Shown here: in pieces, positions 13,883 through 29,170 of the stretch
How positions within the stretch are numbered: position 1 is the stretch's first letter
Layout: the number at the start of each line of letters is the position of its first letter
Assembly: GCF_009914755.1 (NCBI RefSeq)
Contig: NC_060940.1
DNA from: the human T2T-CHM13v2.0 reference genome, Homo sapiens
Length of the DNA: 64,000 bases
Direction: 5' to 3' (one strand)
Notes under the pieces: generated by a model
What the model was told of the DNA's origin: nothing
What the model saw: only the letters and a program-made list of their open reading frames with translations
Databases searched by the model: none
Program-made: the position numbers and the translations under genes

Positions 13883-15354
13883 TTAGAATGTTATTTCCGT
13901 CTCACTAGCATAATTACAAAGAAGCTTTGTTGTTACAGTTAAGTAAAACATATTTTAGTAGAGTACTAGTTAACTTATGTAAGGATAAGAATTTTAACAT
14001 TAGAATTATAGGTTTTTATGTTCTATATTTGGAAATTACAAATGAGCATGAGGAATTTTTTTCTGTGATTCTGAGGCTAAAAACTGGCACCTGGGATCTG
14101 GGATATGAAATTAAAACCTTCTTTATCCTGCTTTTTGCCATATATCCAGCCTGGGTTTAGTACAACTAGAAAGAATGTTGTTTGAGCAAAGCCTCTAAAT
14201 AAAATTGACAAGGCTAGTGAATTGAGAAGGTGGAATTGACTACACCCTACATAAGCAAATTGAGCTTTAAAAAAAGAAAAAGATTGACAATAGTATCAGT
14301 AAAAAAGCATTGAACTTTCCGTAATAAATGTGTTGAATGTAGACAGGTCTTGAGTGAAGATAGTATTTTCTCATATTAAGACCAGAGTGAACAGAAGTAG
14401 TACAGGTCATGCCTCCATTTCTGTTTCATGACCAAAAAGAAGAAGAAATACTGCAGAGCTGCCGTTAAAGAAAGTCAGTTTCTCTTTTCCCTGCTGATCT
14501 TCTGAAAAGGCAGTGAGAACATGAAGAAGGTATTTTGCATACTATGAAACCACATACATATCTCCAGCTGAAAAAAAGAAATATTGCATATTCATTAGTA
14601 GTCTAGCCTAGCTTTGTTATCTGGTTAACAACCCACTGGTTAAGACAAATAACATCTCAGAAAATTGAATCATTTAGTTGCTCTTAACTGTTGTATACTA
14701 GCCCTAAGAACCATCAGACTTCTATGGATTTTCATTAAGATTCCAGATACAAATTTACTTAAAAAGTCTTTATTCATTAAAGGAGCCTCAGCTGGATCTC
14801 TGCTTGACAACATTTTGTGGACAGCTAATTGTGGTTACTATTTTTACATGAAAATAATATAACAGTGAATCTTTAAAAATATAGTATATGACTTTCACTA
14901 ATTCAGGCCAGTTTGTATCTCAGTGAAGTCTAATAATATTTTGCTTTATGTATGCCTAAGTAAATAATTATATAACAAAACTCTGTGACTTCTATTCAAT
15001 TGTTAAAGAAAAGACACAGTATGCTATTTCCTGAACCAAGGCCTGAACTCCCCACTGTGCTCTTAAAAAATAAGTTAATTATTCACAGTATTTCCTTTTC
15101 TCTTATAAAATTTATACTTTTAGAAAATCAATATTTTCTATATAGCTGGTAAATATATTATAAACATGTACACTTTAAACCCCGTAAGACGTATCTTAAG
15201 ATATATTTGACGTGTCTTAGAATAAAATGGTCATTAGTTATACTTTCAACTGTTATTCAAATTTGAAAGTTTAGAAACCATTCATGTAAGACCAGTCTAA
15301 AGAAAGCAGAGTACCTTTTTGAGCTATTTGCAAAAATAAATAACCTTAAAAGTA

Positions 15355-15645
15355 CAGTCATTCATTGCTTAATGGTAGGGCTACATTCTGAGAATTGTGT
15401 CATTAGGTGATTTTTAGCCTACGACGTACCTAGCCTATATGATATAGCCTATTGCTCCTAGACTATAAACTTGTAGAACATGTTACTATACTGAGTACTG
15501 TGGACAATTGTAACACAATGGTAAGTATCTGTGTACCTAACATATTTAAACATAGAAAATGTTTATACGTGAAGATGTCTATACATGAAGATACAGTATT
15601 GTAATCTTATGGGACATCTTTATGCATCATCACATGATTGTATTT
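15355..15645. mobile_element. Tigger3/MER47-like DNA transposon relic
   Basis: TA-CAGTCAT...TTCTGAGAATTGTGTCATTAGG...GCCTATTGCTCCTAG pattern. Confidence 0.7.
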
Positions 15646-15666
15646 ATTGCATTAAAAATCACTTGA

Positions 15667-16026
15667 GGCTGGGTGCAGTGGCTCACGCCTGTGTCCCAGC
15701 ATTTGGGGAGGCTGAGGCAGGCAGATGGCTTGAGCCCAGGAGTTCGCGACTAGCCTCGCTAGTAGATGGGACTACAGGTGTGTGCCGCCACGCCTGGCTA
15801 ATTTTTTGTATTCTTAGTAGAGATGGGGTTTCACCGTGTTACCCAGGCTAGTCTCGAACTCCTGAGCTCTGCCCGCCAGCCATGATGGTGCATGGCTGTA
15901 GTCCCAGCTACTCAGGAGGCTGAGGCCAGAGGATCACCTGAGCCCTGGAGGTCAAGGTTGTGGTGAGCCATGATTGCACCACTGCACTGTAGCCTGGGCA
16001 ATAGAGTGAGACCCTGTCTCAAAAAA
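15667..16026 (+). mobile_element. Alu with internal inverted Alu segment (15752-15877)
   Basis: Forward left arm, antisense Alu core, forward right arm; degenerate TSD AAAAATCACTTGA / AAAAATTGCTTGA. Confidence 0.9.
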
Positions 16027-16227
16027 TTGCTTGAAAATCTTGATGTTTGAATTGAAATTTTTTTTGAGATTCAGAAAACTAAAGAAATATAAAGTTAATG
16101 ATAACATTACTCTAAAACCATTAGATAACCATTATAAAGGCCATTATATAACTTTAATATATGTTCTTATTCACTATGTCCTAAAAAGAGATACTAACAT
16201 ATCAGCTTTTAAAAATCTGACTTCTAG

Positions 16228-16618
<391 letters not shown>

Positions 16619-16867
16619 CTACTACATTATCCCAGCTCATTAAAGATTAGAACTTTACATATTGTATAATTTAAGGCAGGTGAATACAATAATTTTTTTA
16701 GGGTGGATATTTTGAAAACATTAATAAACATTAATGGTTAAAACAAGATATATTCTCTTGGTAAACTTAAATATTAAGCAATTTTAGTTAACTACAACTT
16801 TCTCTCCAATATACACAAACTCCCAGAATACTCAGGTTAATGAAAATTTGCTTGAATCTCACAACAG

Positions 16868-17028
16868 AATTTTTTTTAAGAGACAAGAGAGTTTCACTCT
16901 GTCACCTAGGCTGGAGTGCAGTGGTACCATCATAGCTCAATGGAGTCCCAAACTCCTGGGCTCAAGTGATCCTCCTACCTCAGCCTCCTGAGTAGCTGGG
17001 ACTATGGCCACAGATCACCATGCCTGGC
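16868..17028 (-). mobile_element. Alu right monomer (AluJ/FRAM-like)
   Basis: Partial antisense Alu. Confidence 0.85.
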
Positions 17029-18302
17029 AGGATCTTTTTCTTTTGGGGATGGGTATTATTTAATTTCCTTGGAACACTAACAAGCTACTTTTAAAGTGAT
17101 AAAATGGATATAGAAGTACTTTAAAATATCCAAAGTGTTATATATATACGAAGTTCCCAACTTAATTTCTTGGGTTCCCAAAGTTCTTTGGTAAGTGATT
17201 GTTTGGAAGCCAATTTATTTTTCCTGTAGAAATTATATTTTAAATGATTATTAACACCCAGCAAACTTGTAACCATGGGGTTACAGATTATTTCTCTGAC
17301 ATTATCATCTTTTTCTTCTACTTTCTCCCTCCCTAGCTTCTCTTCCTTTTTTTTTTTTTTTTTTTTCTTTTCTTACATTTTTCCTGTGCTGTAGTGAAAG
17401 GTGAAGAGTTTGTGGATTATGAGCTTAGGAATCAGACAGTCCAGGATTTGAATGTAAAATCTGCCACTTACTACCTGTGTGATCTGAGTTTTCTTAACTT
17501 CCATGAGCATTAATTTTTTATTTTTATGTTATAAGGATTAGCTGGTAACGAAATACACATAAAGCATTTACTATGGGACAAATACATGTTTAAATGGTTC
17601 TTCCACTTTCTGTTCATACTTTACCATTCATCTACTTGTTGATCTCTGCTTCTATTTATAGAGGCCTACTCTTTGATAGTGACTATGGATATCCAGTAGC
17701 TCACTAACAAGAGTTATAGGAAATACTTCTCTCTGTCTCTCTCTCTCTCTCTAAGGGCAACCTAATTATTCTGACAAACCACTTCCTAATTCCAGTGTAT
17801 GTAACAAAAATAAGTCCTTTTGCATTTGATTTTATTCATGACATTTCTTGCCCAATTGATCTCAAATATAAAAGCTACTGAGTAAACCTGGAAATCTAAT
17901 GCTTTTTAAACTTAAAATCATTCATCAAGTGTCCCCTAGTGTATGTATATAAGGACATAAGAAACTGAGGTCTTGATTTTCTTTGATCTGTTGTCTTCAA
18001 ATGCAGTTGACTCTTCAGGATAGCACGTGGTTTTCTTACTGCTCCGTTCAAGATAAAATGAATAGAAAAGAGTGTACAGGTATATTTTTACATGTTGGTT
18101 GCTAAGAGATTTCCCAGTTGTTGCACTTCAGGAAACTTCAAGAATATTTTCATTATCTTTCTCATGTTACCCATGTGATGGCTAGTGACCTAAAGTGGGA
18201 TTTCTGTGCAGCAGGCATTATAAACATCGGGAAGCACATGTAGTATTACTTTAAAGGCTTCACCTGGGAAGACTTTCTTTAGCTTTATGTATAAATAACT
18301 GA

Positions 18303-18669
<367 letters not shown>

Positions 18670-21600
18670 TAATCCTCCTAACATCTCTCTGAGATGGGTA
18701 CTATGTGGCATAGGTGAGGAAACTAAGGCCCATAAGAGTTTAACAACTCACCCAAGGTTACAGAGCTCATGACTAGCAGAGTTTATTGATTTATCAGGAG
18801 TCTACAGGGTGCTTGTGTCACCTGTAACCTCTGTGGCATTAAATATTCCTATTAAAAGCAAAAACATTGCTAACCTAATAAGATAATAAATTGAGTCTTG
18901 TTTTCATTTATATTCTGACTATTAGAAACATATTTCTTAGTCACTCTTCTGTGAATTGTCTAGTAATTTTTTTTGCCCATTTAATCTTGGTTTTATGGTT
19001 TTTCTTATCAGCCTACATGAATGTTTTATATATTAAGTGTATAAAACCTCTCTGATATTTTCCTAGTTTGTTTGCCTTTAAATTTTGCTTTTGCTATATT
19101 TTCATGAGCAGAAGTTAAAATCTTTACACACTCAGATCTACCAGTGTTTTCCTATTTAGTTTTTGCTGTGGAATTTACCATTTAATTTTAGAAAGTCCAT
19201 CCTTGTTAATCAGTTGACTAAAATGCATACACACACACACACACATGTATTTGGAATTTTCTGGTATAATATGAGGTTAAGGATCTGCATTTTCTTTTTC
19301 TCCAAATAGCTCATTTCATAATACATGTGTTACTAATATGTGTCACCACAGCTGAGAATCAGCTAGGCTTTGAAGTACATAATTTTACCCTGTAAGTATC
19401 TGCTGAGCCTATTTTAGTATGTCCTATGTAATTTTTGTGTTATGACAAAAAATACTTGCTCTGTTAAGTTTTCTTTAAATTATTATTTCATTAAAGAAAC
19501 AGATTTTTCTTAATATTTTCTTTTTACGCTGGACAGTTTTTGCTTGGGGTGAGCCCAGGGTATATTTTATAAACCTTCTGTGAAAAAAAAATTAATTAAC
19601 TTAATTCCTATTTTCTAAGGATTTAAAGACAGATATCTCCATTTTGTAGAAATTCTTGATTATCTTGGAGGTGTGGTGCTGTACTGTAAATGTAGAAAGC
19701 CATTATCTCTTACCCTCGTTCTTTTATTTTCATTTGAAATATTCTGTAGTTTGTTGGATATAAGTTCTTTCAGGATTGTCACTCTTCACCAGAAAATCAG
19801 TTTCATTGAATTGGCACAATAAAGAACTCTATTTTTGCCTCCTGAATGATAAAAATCAATGCAGTGGGGAAAAAATGTGCCCATAAACTTGACCTTTTAA
19901 TGATATTTCTCACATTTACCATTATGGAAATTAAAGTAATGATTATGGCAATTAGTGTTTCTGTATTTGCTAACCGACTAATTTATTATTCTGCTTAGTA
20001 AGTGTATTGAGTGCCTACTAGGTGCTGGTGGCTCTGCTAGGTACTGGGCATCATGTATAAGAAGCATACAGTCTATGAGTTTATACATGAGCACGTGGTG
20101 TAAGTGGGAACATCAAGCTAGATGAAGTGTGGCACAAAGAGAAACACGAAGGAAATGCAAAGAAATAAGCTTTTGGAAGACTTGGTTAACCATTCAATTC
20201 TTACCAATTTTAATAGATTAGCATTTATGCTTTACAAGGATATAAGGTTTCTTAATTTATCTGTCACTATTTATAAATAACAAAATACTGTAATAAAGAT
20301 AGAATTTAGTTTCTATAGCATGACAGTGAAAACTTGTTCGTTTTAGAAATTTTTTCACATCTCAGTGATCATACAATTGAGATACGGAAATAATTTACTG
20401 CCTATCTAGAATATCAGTGTACTAATCAACCCTGTATCATGAGCTAAACTGAAATTAGTACATTAAAGTTATATGTCGATATCTGCTTTCATTGGTTTGG
20501 TTTAAATTTTGAAAAAGTGTATTTTTTTTTTCAGAGAGAAAGGAGAACATTTGTAATATGCAACCTGATTTCGATAGGAAAAATGTAACATGTCTAAATA
20601 GTTTTTTTTATTTCATCCTCCTTCTGCTATTATTTTCACCTATGTTATGTAGAATGTCAGTGTTCTTAAAGGGCAGGATTAGTATGTGATTAAGAGCCCA
20701 GACTCTGGGAGTCGACTGACTGTGTCTCAGCTTTGCTCTATACCAACCACCAGGAAGTTGCCTAAACACTCAGGTGCCTCTGGTTCATCATCTATAAAGT
20801 GATAAGGTTGTTGTGAGGATTAATGAATGAATATATGTGAAATACTTAAAACAATGCCTGGAGCTTAATAACTGTGTAGGTATTGCTGCTGCTGCAGAGG
20901 CAGCGGTGGCTCTGGCAGACTCTGCTTCTACTCTTCCTCCTTCTTGTTATTCTACTGTTAATACTACTTTAATTATTATTGAAAAGATCTTCCAAGAGTT
21001 ACTAAAATCCTTTGGTGATTTTGTCTCAAATAACAATGCAGATGTGCCTGGAAGATACCCCAGGATAGAAATCTAGTATAGAAATATTCCTAAAACTGCA
21101 AATAAATTTATAACCATTGGTTCCTTGCTCTGTCATATTCACTACCTAAAAGCAATTTATAAATAGCTATGGAAAATGAACTGTAATCTTTTTAGTAAAT
21201 ATTATACATGGGTACATTTATACAAAACTCAGCATAGTATTGTTTTTAAGTGATCAGTGTAGAGCCAAAGATCAAGAATGAAATAAACATGTTTTATAGC
21301 TTACATGCAGTAAAAATGAAGAAGTGTGCCGACTCACTTTAGAAGTTGGATTTTTGTTTTTGTTTTTGTTCAATTAATTTGCACATGTGTGAGCATAACT
21401 AAGATAACTTTACAGATGCGGACTTGCTGGGTTGGAAAATACGCTCACTGTAAATTTGTGTAGATAACTGACAACTTGCACTCCAAGGAGGTTTTGCAGA
21501 ATTGCATTTCAGGGGCTTTTCCTACCACTACCACCCCTCCCCTGCATGTTCTCTTCCAGGCCCATGGAGAAATCCTGCTGTAGTGAGTGAGCCTCTGGTG

Positions 21601-23244
21601 CTGATGGTTATCCTTCAAGTGTGTTACAGCAGAAGACAGCAGAGAACCACAGACTTAGTGCCTTCCTCCCCACTGCCTCTCACTCTAAATTTCCATCCTC
21701 GTTATACCCTAGGATTTTATCAAAAGTTGCCATAAGGAACTACCATGTTAAAAGGGCTTCCATTTTTATAGTGCAACAGCAATTGAGGATGTTGCCTTCA
21801 TGTTGGTCAGTGCCCCATAAAAAAACGCCCCTTCTCAGAAATCTCTTTTAGAATTTTGTATCAGGAAACATTATTTCTTAACAAACTGATTTCCTTCCTA
21901 TTATTTTTCTGATTTTTCTGAAAGAAATCTGACTTCTTTCCTATTATTTTTAAAATAGCTTTATTGAGATGTGATTTACATACCATATATTTTACCTATT
22001 TAAAGTTTACAATTCAGTGATTTTTGGTATATTTATAGAGTTGTGCAACCATCACTGCCATCAGTTTTACAATGTTTTCATCATCTCCCTGCCAAAAAAC
22101 CTCATGCCCAGTAGTAGTCACTCCTCATTTCCTTCTCATCACTTCACCCTCTTCCCCCAGCACTAGGCAATGGCTAGCCTACTCTCTAATTCTATAGATT
22201 TGCCTATTTGGGACCTTTCATGTAACTCGAAACTGATAATGGACCTTTGTGTCTGGCTTCTTTCACTTAACATAATATTTTCAAGGTTTATCCATGTTGT
22301 AGCATGTTTCAGCGATTCATTCCTTTTTTATGGCAGAACAATATTCCATTGTATATATACATTACATTTTATTTACCCATTCATCAGGAGATGAACATTT
22401 GGGTTGTTTGCACTTCTTAGCTATTATGAATAATGCTGCTATAAACTTTATATAAAATTATTGTTTAACATATTTTTCATTTCTCTTGGGTGTATACCTA
22501 GGCATGTAATTGCTGGGTCTATGCTAAGTCTTACGTTTAACATTTTGAGCAACTTCCAGACTGTTTTCCAAAGCTGCTGTATCATTTTGCTTTCCCATCA
22601 ACACTATTTGAGGGTTTCTGTTTCTCCACATCTTTGCCAACACTTGTTCTTACCTATTTTCTTTTTTTAATTGTAGCCTTCCTAATGGATATGAAGTGAT
22701 ACCTCATTGTGGTTTTGATTAGCATTTCCCAAATGACTAATGTTGTGCATTTTTTCATGTGCTTATTGGTAATTTGTATATCTCCTTTGGAGAAAAGCCT
22801 ATATAGACACTGTGGCTATTTTTTAATGGGTTTTTTTTTTCTTTTTATTATTATGTTGTTATGAATTCTTTATATCTTCTAGGTGTAAATCCCTTACAAG
22901 ATATCTGATTTGTGAATGTTTTCTCACCATTCTTTGGGCTGTTATTTCACTTTCTTGATGGATCTTTTGAGGCACCAGAAAGTTATAATTTTGATGAAAT
23001 CCAATTTATCTCTTTACTTCTTTTATCACTTTTGTTATGATGCCATAGTTTTGTCTAAATCAGTCACAAAGACTTACTTCTATATTGTCTTCTAACAGTT
23101 TTATAGTTTTAACTCTTACATTTAACTCTTTGATCTATTTTGAGTTGATTTTATATATGGTGTGAGGAAAAGGTCCAGCTTCATTCTTTTGCATTTGAAT
23201 ATCCAATTGTCTCAGCACTATTTGTCAATAAAAAAACTTTTTTT

Positions 23245-23523
23245 GGCTGGGCATGGTGGCTCACGCCTGTAATCCCAACACTTTTGGAGGCTGAGGTTTG
23301 AGGCCAAGAGTTTGAGACCAGCCTGGCCAACATGGCAAAACCTTGTCTCTACAAAAAACACAAAAATTAACCAGGCATGGTGGTAAATGCCTGTAATCCC
23401 AGCTACTCAGGAGACTGAGGCACCAGAATTGCTTGAACTTGGGAGGTGAAAGTTGCGATTGTGCCACTGCACTCCACCTGAGCAACAGAGCAAGACTCTG
23501 TCTCAAAACAAAACAAAGAAAAA
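23245..23523 (+). mobile_element. Alu nested in L1M
   Basis: Dimer with small internal deletions, interrupts antisense L1M. Confidence 0.92.
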
Positions 23524-24334
23524 TCCTTTCTCTCCCTACTGAATTGTTTTGGCACCCTGTCAAAAATCAGTTGACTATACATGCAAGGGTTTATTTTTGG
23601 ACTCTGTATTCTATTTCTGTCTCTATCCTTATGCTAATGCCACACTATTAATTACCATAGCCTTTGTCCTTTCCAATCTGATACTTTTTATTACTTTTTC
23701 TTTCCCAATTTCCCTGGCTGGAACCTCCAGTTCAATGTTGAATAGAAGTGGTGAGAGTGGATATCCTTGTCTTATTCCTGATCCTTGGGGGAAAGCATTC
23801 AGTCTTTTACCATTGAGTGTGAGTGTGATATTAGCTGTAGCTTTTTCATAGATTCCCTTTATTAGGTTGAATACATTTTCTTCTGTTCCTACTTTGTTGA
23901 ATGCTTTTTATTCAAGGATGTTGAATTTTGTCAAATGCTTTTTCTCAGTCTGTTGAAGTGATCACATAGTGTTTTCCCCTTTATTTTGTTGATATGGTCT
24001 ATTAGTAATTAACTTTGTGATGTTAAGCCATCCTTGCATTTGTGGGATAGATTCTACTTGGTTATGATGTGTAATCCCTTCTTTATGTTACTGGATTGGG
24101 TTTGCTAGTATTTTGTTGAGGATTTTTGTGTCTATATTCATACAGATTTTGCTTTGTAATTTTCTTGTGATACTTTGATTTTGGTATTAGAATAATACTG
24201 ACCTCTTAGAATGAGTTGGGAGGTGTTCCCTCTTTTTTGTGGGTGGGGGGGGGGCACAGTTTGTGAAAGGTTGGTTTTAATTTTTCTTTAACTGCTTGGT
24301 AGAATTCACCAGTGACGCCATCTAGTCCTGAACT

Positions 24335-24343
24335 ATGTGTGGA

Positions 24344-24383
<40 letters not shown>
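24335..24383. repeat. (TG)n microsatellite
   Basis: Interrupted TG run. Confidence 0.9.
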
Positions 24384-24384
<1 letters not shown>

Positions 24385-24768
24385 AAAGTTTCAATCACTT
24401 TATGTACTTTTTACCAAGCTGTTTAGATTTTCTATTCCTTCTTGAGTCAGTTTTGGTAGTTTGTGTCTTTCCGGGAATAATTCATCCATTTCATCTAGGT
24501 TATCTAATTTGATGGCATGTATTTGTTGATATTATTCTCTTATAATCCTTTAGTTCTGTAGTAATGTTTCTTTCTTGAATTCTTGATTTAGTAATTTGAG
24601 TCTTCTTTCTTCTTTTCTTGGTCAATCTAGCTAAAGGTTTGCAAGTTTTATTGAGCTTTTTAAGAAACTACTTTTGATTTTCTTGATTCTGTATTGTTTT
24701 TCTATACTGTTTCATTAATTTCCACTCTAATCTTTATTATTTCCTTCCTTCTGTTGCTTTTGATTTAG

Positions 24769-25115
<347 letters not shown>

Positions 25116-25632
25116 ATCTCATCCACTGTCTTAAGGTGGAAAAATAGGTTATTGATTTGAGATTTTTCTTCTGTTTAATATAGGAATTTATAGCTATAAT
25201 TTTTTCTCTGAGCATTGTTTTACCCACATCCCATTGATTTTGGTGTTTGTCTTTATTTTCATTCATCTCATCAGAAAGTATATTAGAATATATTTTCTCA
25301 TTTCCCTTTTGATTTATTATTTGACCCATTAGTTATTTAGTAGTATGTTTTCATTTCCACATATGTGTGAATTTATAAGATTTCTTTCTGTTATTGATGC
25401 CTAATTCCATTCCCTTGTGGTCAGACAATATACTTTTTATGATTCAGTCCTTTTCTATATATTGAGGCTTATTTTATGGCCTAGTATGTGGTATATCCTG
25501 GTGGAGGATGTTTCATGTACACTGAGAAAAATGTATATTCTTCTCTTGTTGGAGTATTTTCTAAAAGTCTAGTTGGTTTATAGTGTTATGCAAATGCATT
25601 TTCGATAATGTCATTCCCCTTCTTTTTTTCAG

Positions 25633-25727
25633 CTGATGAACTTATTAGTCCTAAAGACATTGATCCTGTCCAGCGCTATGTCCCACTAAAGGATCAACGT
25701 AACGTGAGCATGAGGTTTTCCAATCAG
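25633..25727 (+). CDS. PHKB: PHKB coding exon (~exon 14), 95 nt, phase 1-0
   Basis: ttttttcag acceptor, GTAAAG donor; (A)[31 protein letters not shown]. Confidence 0.97.
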
Positions 25728-26127
25728 GTAAAGAATTATTCTATTTCTTGATTTAGACTCGTCCAGAGACATTTAAGCTTAATTGAAGAGGAAATTTTTG
25801 TTCTGAATAGGTTTTTGTTGTTCCTTCTGACGGAAAGGTTTCTCCCTCTTCTGGTTAGTTAAGATTTACTTGTGGTGAAGGGCTATTTGTTAATGAGGAA
25901 GTAGATTTCAGATGGGTCCAACAAAGTGCCTTGCAGGTAAACATTTCCATCTTCAGAATGTTGAGTTTAAGGTGTCAAGTGTCTTTGAGAAGAAGCAGTG
26001 CATCTGGGTGGCAGGAGGACCAATGACTGAAGGGAGTGGGATTCCCCAAAAGGCCTGTGCTTGATGTCTCTCCTGTGCTGTGGCTCTTGACAGGGCTGCG
26101 TGACTGACAGTTGTTACAGCAACAGTG

Positions 26128-26901
26128 ACTTGGTGACGTGTTGGGCAAGGAATAGTTTTAAAATTTTTACATTTAGTAGCTATGGATTCAGACTGTGTTG
26201 TGTCAACAAAATAAGTGTTTGTAGGATCAGCAAGATTGATACTGACTTGAGCAAACCCTCAAGTATTAAATGATACCAGTAATGAGGACTGTTAAAATGA
26301 GAATGTTGTGGATTGTGGAAACTGCCTGAAGAGAAAGGGAATGAACCTGCATGTGTGCCTGGGATTCTAAGCAGTTAACATGCATTTAATAAGATTGGTA
26401 TCAACGCTTACAGAAGATAGGCTTACAAATGGAAATGTTCCTTATATTTAAAAAAAAATGTGTATTATACACACAAACACACACACACACACACAGAGCA
26501 ATAAGTGCTTGTTTTAATAAGAGAAAGGGAGAGCCAACAGCCCCGTTAGATTCTATTGCACTGTTTCTCTGACTCTTTTGCTGGTCTTCAACAAAACATG
26601 TAATGACTCTGAGTTGTTTATGGATGAGAAGCTATCTGAGAGACTTGTAAATAAATGCTATGGTTTTCTCAAGAACATAAAATTCCTGTGTTAATATGTG
26701 ATGAAAATTTCTCACTGGCCTGTTAGCTCTTTATGTAAGGGGGTATTTGGCCTTTATCTTAGTTACCGCTCATGTTGGTACAATTGGCAGAGTTGTTCTC
26801 AGCACTTGGCGACGTGTTGGGGAAGGAATAGTTTTTAAATTTTTGCATTTAGTAGCTATGGATTCAGAATGTGTCGTGTCAACAAAACAAGTGTTTGTAG
26901 G
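26128..26901 (+). repeat. 98-bp dispersed direct repeat (26128-26225 and 26804-26901)
   Basis: Ungapped alignment, 7 mismatches by eye. Confidence 0.9.
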
Positions 26902-27924
26902 TACAGTGCAAGTGTACAGTCTGTACTGATTTGAAATACACCATTTTACTTGAAGACATGGCAAAATAGAGAATTCATCCAACTTCATATTACCAGTGCT
27001 ATGACTGAGCCATTTTAAGACTAATGTGTATCACTTAAATAGTATTTCACATGTGTGACCCACTTCTCTAGAGTGATGAAACCTCAAAGCCTTTTCTTAG
27101 AAAATAAATTAATAGGTCACAGATTTGAGGTGTGCAGACAGGAGCCAGAGAACATCAAAGCATTTCATAGGCATATGGCTAACAAAATCATCAGTTTAAA
27201 CAGTTGTTTCATGCTTGACACATATAATGATGGCTGTGGGTTATGTGTAAATTTTGGTGTACAATATACTACTTGCAACTCTTTCTCTCCTGCTCAAGAA
27301 AGCTTATCAGGAGATGAGTGACTGAGAGTGAATTTTAAAGAGAATTCACTCTACAGGTATGTTTTATCTCAAAATTACTTTGTACTGCTGCTACTGAATT
27401 ATCTGTGTCATGCCTCCCAAGTGGAGCCACATCCTAGCTAAGAGAAATGCTCCTCTCCTGTAGCCACGTGGCAGATTACCTCTGTGCAGTGTTGTATACA
27501 GTTTCCGAGAGGGAGGTGATGGGGAGATTTGCAGCAAAAAACTACTGGGAGTGGATATGTCCCCATGTGGTTGGCAGCTTGGTTGTGGTGGTATATAAAA
27601 TACTGAAGCTGCCTTGCCACTTTCTCAGCCATTTTAAGCAGTAGGCAAGACCTGGCATGCCCATGTCTGTTCCCGGGGCTGGGTGAAGTGGACTGATGAA
27701 ATAGAGTGGTCAGACATATCCCCAGATGTGCAGCCCTCTGTTTGAAATGTTGGTGTCAGTAGCCACTTAGTCATGATTGACCAGGTCAGATTTTGTAACT
27801 AACTGATCTTTGGGAATTCACTAGGTGCTTTAAACCCTACCACAAATTAGGAAAGTAAATAGGGAATAGTAAAGTCCAAGCAGTTTCTGAAAATGGTAGA
27901 AGTGCTTGTTCCCGAAAGAAGGTA

Positions 27925-28385
27925 TGTCAGGGATCCCATGACTGCCCTCAGCCACTGTAATTCACTAGAGGACTCACAGAACTCAGAAGCTGTTACACTT
28001 AGACTTAGGGTTGATTACTGTGAAAGGATACAGAATAAAATCAGCAAAAGGAAAAGGCATGGGGCAAGTCCTGAGGAACCTCAGCACAGGCTTCCAAGTG
28101 TCTTCTTCCAGTGGAGTCAAATGAGATGCTCTTACTTACTGTAGTGAGGATATGTCAACACATGCATAGTGTTGCCAACCAGGGAAGCTTGCTCAAGCTT
28201 CATTGTGTATAGTTTTTACTAAAGGTCGGTTATGTAGGCATGCAGCATCTCAATTGTTTAAGCACCAGCCAGCCCCACAGGGAAAAACCAGATGTTCACC
28301 ATAAACCACATTGTTAGTGCCAACTCTCTGGACAAACTGGTACACTGTGGCCCAAGGCCTCAGGCATGCAAAACACTCTTATCAT
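27925..28385. mobile_element. MER21-like LTR fragment
   Basis: Resembles recalled consensus (GGACTCACAGAACTCAG...GAAAGGATACAG..AAAATCAGCAAA). Confidence 0.6.
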
Positions 28386-28747
28386 CTTGTGAGTCTTTTA
28401 CTTTTTCTCAAATGTTTTCTGTTTCTTTATTTTTGGCTATATTTTACATTAATTACATTTTATTAAAATTTTGTGTAATTTTGTGTAACCACCGTCACGG
28501 TCAAAATACTTAATTGTACCATCCCATATCACCATAAGGCTTCCTTGTGTTATTCCTTTATAATCATACCCACTTCCTTCACCCCAGTTCTTAACCCGTT
28601 GCAACTACTAATCCGTTCTTTATTTTATAATTTTGTCATTTTAGGAATGTTATAAAAATTGAACTGTACCTAACCTTTTGGGATTGGCTTTTTTTCACTC
28701 AACATAATTTCCATGAGATTCATCCAAGTTGTTGCATGTATCAACAG

Positions 28748-29170
28748 TGTATTAGTCCATTCTCAACTGCTATAAAGAAATACCTGAGACTGGGTAATTT
28801 GTAAAGAAAAGAGGTTTAATTGGCTCATGGTAATTTGTAAAGAAAAGAGGTTTAATTGTAAAAGAAAAGAGGTTCCACAGGCTGTACAGGAAGCATAGCA
28901 GCTTCCAGGCTTCTGGGGAGGCCTCAGGGAGGTTTTCCTCATGGAGGAAGGCAAAGCAGGAGCAGGAGAGTGAGGGGGAGGGCCTACACATTTTTAAACA
29001 ACCAGATCTTATGAGAACTCACTGTGCAGTACCAAAAGGGGATGGTGCTAAACCATTCATGAGAACTCCACCTCCATGATCCAATCACATCCCACCAGTC
29101 CCTACCTTCAACACTGGAGATTACAACTAGACATGAAATTTGGGTGGGGACATAGATCCAAACCATATCA
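28748..29170 (-). mobile_element. MST-family MaLR solo LTR nested in L1M
   Basis: TGTATTAGTCCATT...AAACCATATCA termini; internal 36-bp-period duplication at 28793-28873. Confidence 0.88.

Noticed and set aside
27325-27352. Hairpin AGAGTGAATT...AATTCACTCT
   Set aside because: A 10-bp stem is too short for a pre-miRNA and plausible by chance in 64 kb.
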